Source: Bacteroidota bacterium (GTDB taxonomy: Bacteria; Bacteroidota; Ignavibacteria; UBA10030; UBA6906). From it: 64,000 nucleotides of DNA. The DNA is taken from the NCBI GenBank assembly GCA_020846365.1, contig JADLEA010000197.1:9584-73583 (forward strand). Direction: 5' to 3'. This document shows, one piece after another, positions 58,617-64,000 of the stretch. The position numbers and the translations under genes were made by a program. A model generated the notes under the pieces. That model was not told the DNA's origin, ran no database searches, and was given only the letters and a program-made list of their open reading frames with translations. The stretch's first letter is position 1. Each line of letters starts with the position of its first letter.

Positions 58617-60068
58617 ATGACCGGCAAAGAACGTCTGATGGTGACATTCCGGGGGGGCAAGGCGGATCATGTCCCGGCATGTCCGGATATCTCCGTTATG
58701 GTTCCTGCGAAGCTCACCGGAAGACCGTTCCATGAATTGTTCCTCGATGGCCGCGAGCATTCCGGCTGGACCTCTGCGACGTATGCGGAAGCTTACGTGA
58801 AGGCAGTGGAGTACTTCGGGATCGATGGCTGGTACATCTATGGAGGCCTCAAAGAACTCCGGCCTGAGGGCTCGCCGCAGTGGAAAGACCTGGTCACCGA
58901 ACGGGGAGACGCGAAGTTGGTGACACGATCCTGCGAGACGCCTCTCGGCCCTCTCGCGGAGTCCGAAATCTATTTTGCCGATGAACCTCCCTGGCGGGAA
59001 TCCAAGCCGGTGAAAGATCTGCGCGTCGACTTCCCCAGATTGACACAGCTGATGGGATTGGGGCCCTGGGAATGGTCGAAGTCATACACCGATCGTCATC
59101 TGATAGGTGACCGCGGCGTCTATGTGGGGATGGTACCCGTGTTTCAGGATTGGTGGTTCAACTACAGGAACGGGGGATTCGATCAGGTCCTTCAGGACTT
59201 TGTCGACGAGCCGGAGTACATGGACGAAGTCCACGAGTTCTGGATGGAGTGGGCTCTGACGTATACAAAGGCCATGATCGCTGCGCGGCCGGACGAGATC
59301 ATGCTGGGAGGTTCGAGCGCCAGCTTGAGTATCAGCTCGCCCGGACTCTTCCGCAAGTATGAGCTGCCCTTTCTCCAGCGAGCGTCCCGTCTCTGCAAAG
59401 AAGCAGGCATCATCTCGCACTTGCATATCTGCGGAAAGTCATGGAGGCTGGTGGAGATCGTCGCCGAACAGACGGATGTGGATGTCATGGAACCGATGGA
59501 AGAGCCACCCGGAGGGGACGTGGACCTGGCGGAAGCCAAACGGCGGGTGGGAAACAAGCTCTGTATCAAAGGAAACATCAACACGTTTGATTTCATGTTG
59601 AACGCAACTCCGGACCAGGTAAAGGAGAAGTGCAAGAGGGCCATTGATGCGGCAGGGGCAGACGGCGGCTTCGTGCTGTCCACGGGCGACCAGTGCGGAA
59701 GGGATACTCCCCACGCAAACCTCTTTGCGATGGTCGAAGTAGCACACACATACGGGAACTACGGATGCGCATTGTGTCCGTTGGTGCCACGCTCCTTGTT
59801 TCAACGCTCATGGCGGCTGCACAGTCCGTCACGCTTCTCCACGATGATGCGGTGGTCTGGTCCCGCGCCCAGACCATTCGCGGTGTTGCCTCGTTCGTGC
59901 CCACGCAGGATGGCATACTGTATGTCAACGGCACCGGCATACCACTCCAATTTGCCAGTGCGGTGGACACATTCAGCATCTCCGTTACACTCTCGGACGG
60001 CGTCAACACGGTGTGGGCAGTTCTGGACAGCGCGGGAACCACGGTATCGTCGGATACCCTCTTTCTGA
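58617..60068 (+). CDS. Uroporphyrinogen decarboxylase (URO-D) / MtaA-CmuA family protein; the 3' end is uncertain because there is no stop until 60068 and the tail overlaps the next gene
   Basis: Family-like sequence runs from MTGKERLMVTFRGG through ...DGGFVLSTGDQCGRDTPHANLFAMVEVAHTYGNY (about 380 aa, ending near 59760). The following ~100 aa are Arg/Ser/Pro-rich and overlap the amylase gene's signal peptide and N-terminus in another frame. Confidence 0.55.
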   Translation: MTGKERLMVTFRGGKADHVPACPDISVMVPAKLTGRPFHELFLDGREHSGWTSATYAEAYVKAVEYFGIDGWYIYGGLKELRPEGSPQWKDLVTERGDAKLVTRSCETPLGPLAESEIYFADEPPWRESKPVKDLRVDFPRLTQLMGLGPWEWSKSYTDRHLIGDRGVYVGMVPVFQDWWFNYRNGGFDQVLQDFVDEPEYMDEVHEFWMEWALTYTKAMIAARPDEIMLGGSSASLSISSPGLFRKYELPFLQRASRLCKEAGIISHLHICGKSWRLVEIVAEQTDVDVMEPMEEPPGGDVDLAEAKRRVGNKLCIKGNINTFDFMLNATPDQVKEKCKRAIDAAGADGGFVLSTGDQCGRDTPHANLFAMVEVAHTYGNYGCALCPLVPRSLFQRSWRLHSPSRFSTMMRWSGPAPRPFAVLPRSCPRRMAYCMSTAPAYHSNLPVRWTHSASPLHSRTASTRCGQFWTAREPRYRRIPSF

Positions 60069-62152
60069 CGATGGGGTATCGCATCCGCCCGGACATCGAA
60101 GCGGTCGCCGCGGTCAACGGGCGCAATGTGCTGCTGACTGCCTCCGTGCTCGAAAACCCCGACAGCGTCCAGATGTCCATGCACTGGACGCAGCACCCGG
60201 GCAATCCCATGCCCCTTGCGCTGTCCGGTCAGGATGCCTCGGAATGCACGGCGGTCTTTCCCCCTGAAGCTCCTTCGGGCGACTACAGCTTTTCCGTAAC
60301 GACGGCGTGTTCAGATGGCGACACTGTTTTGGCGGGGGCCCTCGTGAGGGTGGATGGGGATTCCGTTCGCGCGTTCGTTCCACAGACGGATCATGCCCGC
60401 TGGATTGACAGTGCCATTGTGTACGGCGTCACGCCGTACATTTTCGTGGAGGACGGGAGATTCCCGCACATCACGGCAAAGATCCCCGAGCTTGCACAAC
60501 TCGGCATCACGGCGCTCTGGCTCCAGCCTGTGTACATGACTCATGGGGGAGGGCAGGGGTACGATGTCACTGACTATTTCCGGATCCGCCCTGACCTCGG
60601 CACGGAGGCGGAGCTTCGGGAGCTTGTTCAGACCGCCCATGCACACGGCCTGCGCGTCCTGTTGGACTTCATACCCAATCACAGCTCCATCTACCATCCC
60701 TATGCGGTTCATGCTGCGGAATACGGCACGGCGTCACACTACTATCATTTCTATCAACGCACGCCTGACAGCGCGCCGTACTCACAGCACTATCATACCT
60801 ATCAGGGATTCATCAACTACTTCTGGAACGAACTTCCCAATTTCAACTATGACCACCCGGAACTCCAACGAATGGTGCTGGAGGCCGGAAAGCACTGGAT
60901 TGAGAAACTCGATATCGACGGATACCGCATAGACGCTGCCTGGGGAGTCAACGCGCGCAAACCGGAATTCATGAAGTCGTGGCGGCTGGCATTGAAACGG
61001 GTCAAGCCATCGGTGTTTCTGCTCGGGGAGGACAAGGCCTCATGGGCTTCCGTCTTTGACGAACGCGTTGACGCCGCGTATGACTGGGCTCCGGATATCA
61101 GCTGGGTTTCGGAGTGGGTCTGGCAGACCGATTACAGCACATCCAGTAACCCCACGATCTTCAATTCCGTATCTCAGGGCTCCCGTGTTGGCGCATTGCG
61201 GTCGGCGATGACAAACCGCGGCACGGGATACGCCCCGACGGCGAAGATTCTCCGGTTCATGGAGAACAACGACACGTTCAGGTTCCTCGCGACGCACGAT
61301 CTGGCCCGCACGAAAATGGTTGCGGCGATGATGTTTTCGATTGCCGGAGTTCCGCTGCTCTTCAACGGACAGGAAACAGGAGTCTCGGCACACCCATACG
61401 ACGCGTTTCAAATCTTTGTGCCGCATCGGACGATTGCCTCCCTCGACCAATTCGGACTTTTCCCGTACTACCGGCTTCTCTGCACCATGCGCAAGCGCCT
61501 CCCTGCGCTGTGGGGCCGGAACTTTGAAGAAGTTCCGGTCGGATCGGGACCCAATGTCTATGCATACCGGCGGTGGGAAGGGAGAGAAAATATTCTGGGA
61601 GTGGTGAACCTCGGGTCTTCCCCGGCCTCCATCAAGACGCTCCTGCCGGTCTCCCGTATGGACCTGGATTCGCTGAAGGCGTATTTCCTCACCGATCAGA
61701 TCACGAACGAGGTGGTGCAGACGACAGCGGGGCAAATGGATTCGCTCGCGCTCCAGATTCCGGGTTACACCACCAGGGTGTACGTGATCGATACCACGAC
61801 GGTTACCGGGATCTTCGAAACGCCCGCAATGGCAGAAATCCCCGGAAAATTTGCGCTGGAACAGAACTTCCCCAATCCATTCAATCCCGTCACCGGCATC
61901 ACGTATCAGGTGCCGGGCTATGCGGGCAGGGCCGAAGGGGGAAGCGCTGTGCGGCTTGTCGTGTACGATCTGCTCGGGAGGGAGATTGCCGTGCTGGTCG
62001 ACGAGTATAAACCGCCCGGGGTTTACATTGCACAGTTCGATGGGCGGGGCCTGGCGAGCGGCGTCTACTTCTACCGGCTCTCCGCCGGCAACGAAACGGC
62101 TCCATCGACCCGGAATCTGATACAGATACGCAAGATGGTCCTGCTCAAGTGA
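59765..62152 (+). CDS. Alpha-amylase family (GH13) enzyme with N-terminal accessory domains and a C-terminal T9SS sorting domain
   Basis: A signal peptide is present (MRIVSVGATLLVSTLMAAAQS). The GH13 regions are GLRVLLDFIPNHSS, DGYRIDAAWGV, FLLGED and FMENNDTFR. The T9SS tail is LEQNFPNPFNPVTGITYQVP...LVVYDLLGREI...GVYFYRL...KMVLLK. Confidence 0.8.
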   Translation: MRIVSVGATLLVSTLMAAAQSVTLLHDDAVVWSRAQTIRGVASFVPTQDGILYVNGTGIPLQFASAVDTFSISVTLSDGVNTVWAVLDSAGTTVSSDTLFLTMGYRIRPDIEAVAAVNGRNVLLTASVLENPDSVQMSMHWTQHPGNPMPLALSGQDASECTAVFPPEAPSGDYSFSVTTACSDGDTVLAGALVRVDGDSVRAFVPQTDHARWIDSAIVYGVTPYIFVEDGRFPHITAKIPELAQLGITALWLQPVYMTHGGGQGYDVTDYFRIRPDLGTEAELRELVQTAHAHGLRVLLDFIPNHSSIYHPYAVHAAEYGTASHYYHFYQRTPDSAPYSQHYHTYQGFINYFWNELPNFNYDHPELQRMVLEAGKHWIEKLDIDGYRIDAAWGVNARKPEFMKSWRLALKRVKPSVFLLGEDKASWASVFDERVDAAYDWAPDISWVSEWVWQTDYSTSSNPTIFNSVSQGSRVGALRSAMTNRGTGYAPTAKILRFMENNDTFRFLATHDLARTKMVAAMMFSIAGVPLLFNGQETGVSAHPYDAFQIFVPHRTIASLDQFGLFPYYRLLCTMRKRLPALWGRNFEEVPVGSGPNVYAYRRWEGRENILGVVNLGSSPASIKTLLPVSRMDLDSLKAYFLTDQITNEVVQTTAGQMDSLALQIPGYTTRVYVIDTTTVTGIFETPAMAEIPGKFALEQNFPNPFNPVTGITYQVPGYAGRAEGGSAVRLVVYDLLGREIAVLVDEYKPPGVYIAQFDGRGLASGVYFYRLSAGNETAPSTRNLIQIRKMVLLK

Positions 62153-63165
62153 AAACGCTCGTTCTTGGCGGAACCGGATTTCTCAGCGGCGCGCTTGTGC
62201 GTCATTTGCTGAGGGAAGGGCATGCCGTCACTATCGTCACGCGGGGAACGATTCCTCCCGACCCCGCCTGCGAGTCGATAGCCGCTGATCGCAGTGATGC
62301 CACGGTCCTGGCAGCCGCGGTGGCGGGGAGAAGGTTCGATGCCGTCTACGACATGATCGCCTACGAGCCCGAGGCCAGCAAAGCTGCGGCCAGAATCTTC
62401 AGAGGTTCAATAGGGAGGTTTATTCACTGCAGCACAATCTCCGTCTATATGGTCTCCCGGGACGTGCAGTGTCCCATCACGGAAGACCAGGCACATGCAC
62501 CGCTCATGGAGCACTGGCCACGGAATCCGTTCGGGATGGACTATGGCATCAAGAAGCGGCAGTGCGAAGAAACACTCTGGAACCATCATGACTCGCGGCT
62601 CTTTCCGGTTAGCATCCTGAGACCGACGTTTATTAGCGGTCCGGCCGATCCCGCAAAACGGGACTGGTTCTGGATCAAGCGGCTGTTGGACGGGCGCCCG
62701 CTTCTTATTCCGGGTTCAGGGGACTATGCATTCCAGCAGGCGTACGTCGATGATGTTGCGCGCATGTTTGTCCGGTTGCTCACCTGTCCGGAAAGCATCG
62801 GGAAGGCCTACAACGTCGCGGCGGAGGAAGTGTTTTCGTTCAGGGAGTATCTGGATATGCTTTCCGCGCTCCTGGGAAGGAAGCCGGCGTGTGCCCATCT
62901 CCGCCAGGAGGAGTTTGACCGTCTCCCGATAAGTTCGTCCCACGAAGGGGACGTCTTTCCCTTCAACGTGCGGCGGACTGCGGTGTTCAGTCTGGACCAG
63001 ATCAAGCAGGATCTTGGCTATCGTTCAACTCCTTGGAAGGTCTGGATGCAAGAGACCATTCGCTGGTGGTCCGCCCCGGGTCGGGGTGACGGCTACGGCT
63101 GGTCGAATCGTGAGGAAGAGGTCCGGATCGCGACCCAACTACTTGACACAAAGGTGACCGGATGA
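62149..63165 (+). CDS. NAD-dependent epimerase/dehydratase family (extended SDR) protein
   Basis: The N-terminal motif is LVLGGTGFLSGALVRHLL. The start is GTG and overlaps the amylase stop (GTGA). Confidence 0.75.
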   Translation: MKTLVLGGTGFLSGALVRHLLREGHAVTIVTRGTIPPDPACESIAADRSDATVLAAAVAGRRFDAVYDMIAYEPEASKAAARIFRGSIGRFIHCSTISVYMVSRDVQCPITEDQAHAPLMEHWPRNPFGMDYGIKKRQCEETLWNHHDSRLFPVSILRPTFISGPADPAKRDWFWIKRLLDGRPLLIPGSGDYAFQQAYVDDVARMFVRLLTCPESIGKAYNVAAEEVFSFREYLDMLSALLGRKPACAHLRQEEFDRLPISSSHEGDVFPFNVRRTAVFSLDQIKQDLGYRSTPWKVWMQETIRWWSAPGRGDGYGWSNREEEVRIATQLLDTKVTG

Positions 63166-64000
63166 AAAGACGCTTTCTCGGCAACAGCGGCCTTGAGGTA
63201 TCCTCTCTGTGCTTCGGGGCAATGATGTTTGTCGGCGATTCGGGGTGGCGGCATCTCAGTGCGCTCGGTCCCGCCGACGCGAAAGGCATGGTGAACATCG
63301 CGCTGGACAGCGGGGTGAATTTCTTCGACACCGCCGACATCTATTCCGGCGGAGCATCCGAATCGCTCCTCGGGGATGCGCTCGGTTCCCGGCGGAAGGA
63401 AGCGATCATCGCGACCAAGGTCGGGTTCCGCACGGGCGAGGGGACACATGACGTCGGTCTCTCCCGCCAGCATGTACTCGAAGCGTGCCATGCGAGCCTG
63501 AGACGTCTTCATACGGACTACATCGATCTCTACCTGCTGCACACGTACGACCCGATGGTTCCGCTTGAGGAAACACTTCGCGCCCTTGAGGATCTGGTCC
63601 ATGAGGGCAAGATCCGCTATCTCGGATGCTCGAACTTCATGGCGTGGTATCTCATGAAGGCGTTGGCGGTTGCAGATTCTCGCGGATGGAGCCGCTTCGT
63701 GGCTCTTCAATCGCTGTACGCGCTGACCAACCGCGATATCGAAACTGAAATCATCCCGGCCTGCATTGATCAGGGAGTGGGCATCATGGTCTGGGGTCCG
63801 CTTGCCGGCGGCTTCCTTACCGGCAAGTACCGGAAGAACCAACCGTGGCCGGGTGGCACCCGGATTGCTTCGCCATCGGATCATCTTCCGTTTGACGAAG
63901 ACCGTGCCTATCGCACGCTGGAGGTGCTGGATGGCATCGCGTGTGAACACCGGGCAACCATCGCACAGATCGCCCTGCGCTGGGTTCTCGACCAGCGCGG
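63162..64000 (+). CDS. Aldo/keto reductase, 3'-truncated at the window edge
   Basis: The start MKRRFLGNSGLEVSSLCFGAMMF, the YIDLYLLHTYDP motif and the IRYLGCSNF motif are aldo-keto reductase hallmarks. The ATG overlaps the upstream stop (ATGA). The gene is absent from the ORF track because it has no stop within the window. Confidence 0.8.
   Translation, partial: MKRRFLGNSGLEVSSLCFGAMMFVGDSGWRHLSALGPADAKGMVNIALDSGVNFFDTADIYSGGASESLLGDALGSRRKEAIIATKVGFRTGEGTHDVGLSRQHVLEACHASLRRLHTDYIDLYLLHTYDPMVPLEETLRALEDLVHEGKIRYLGCSNFMAWYLMKALAVADSRGWSRFVALQSLYALTNRDIETEIIPACIDQGVGIMVWGPLAGGFLTGKYRKNQPWPGGTRIASPSDHLPFDEDRAYRTLEVLDGIACEHRATIAQIALRWVLDQR

Noticed and set aside
1-64000. Search for CRISPR arrays, tRNA or rRNA genes, transposases, integrases and phage genes.
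   Set aside because: There are no short regularly spaced direct repeats, no tRNA-like (GTTCGAATC-type) segments in the intergenic gaps, and no recombinase or transposase motifs. The only DNA-level repeat is the intragenic CBM9 duplication.

Overview
This is a 64 kb window of high-GC (about 62-65 %) bacterial chromosome, coding almost entirely on the + strand. Three secreted enzymes end in C-terminal T9SS (Por-type) sorting domains, yet the DNA carries canonical sigma70 -35/-10 boxes and Shine-Dalgarno sites. That combination fits a high-GC member of the FCB superphylum outside Bacteroidia, for example Rhodothermaeota or Gemmatimonadota-like; this is inference only. The window reads, 5' to 3', as five blocks: (1) the 3' end of a T9SS-exported subtilisin; (2) an AmmeMemoRadiSam locus in which MEMO1-like and AMMECR1 domains are fused behind an apparent signal peptide, followed by a large polytopic membrane protein with a degenerate spermidine-synthase-like domain and then the cognate radical SAM enzyme; (3) a metal-efflux island with a TolC-like outer membrane factor, an RND adaptor and permease, an unusual AraC regulator carrying an N-terminal HMA metal-binding domain, and a CopA P-type ATPase; (4) a convergent GH92 alpha-mannosidase gene and a divergent HGSNAT-like membrane acyltransferase gene; (5) a roughly 43 kb glycan-utilisation region opened by a LacI regulator whose own promoter is a perfect TTGACA-17-TATAAT followed by a PurR-like palindrome. 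Block 5 contains ABC sugar transporter components, a two-repeat lipoprotein, a T9SS cargo with tandemly duplicated CBM9-like modules, and a tight trio of TonB-dependent receptor, secreted protein with a divergent sorting-like C-terminal domain, and PorV/FadL-like beta-barrel. It also contains GH92, GH42, GH13 (T9SS cargo), clan GH-A, GH106-like and six-hairpin hydrolases, three tandem GH10-like paralogs (two Tat-exported, one cytoplasmic), ribokinase and RbsD, a CE14 (PIG-L family) deacetylase, Gfo/Idh/MocA and sugar-phosphate isomerase/epimerase (xylose isomerase-like TIM-barrel) enzymes, and a URO-D/MtaA-family protein whose reading frame runs about 300 nt into the downstream amylase gene. 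No rRNA, tRNA, CRISPR or transposase/integrase genes were recognised. The many long minus-strand ORFs are antisense shadows of + strand genes.
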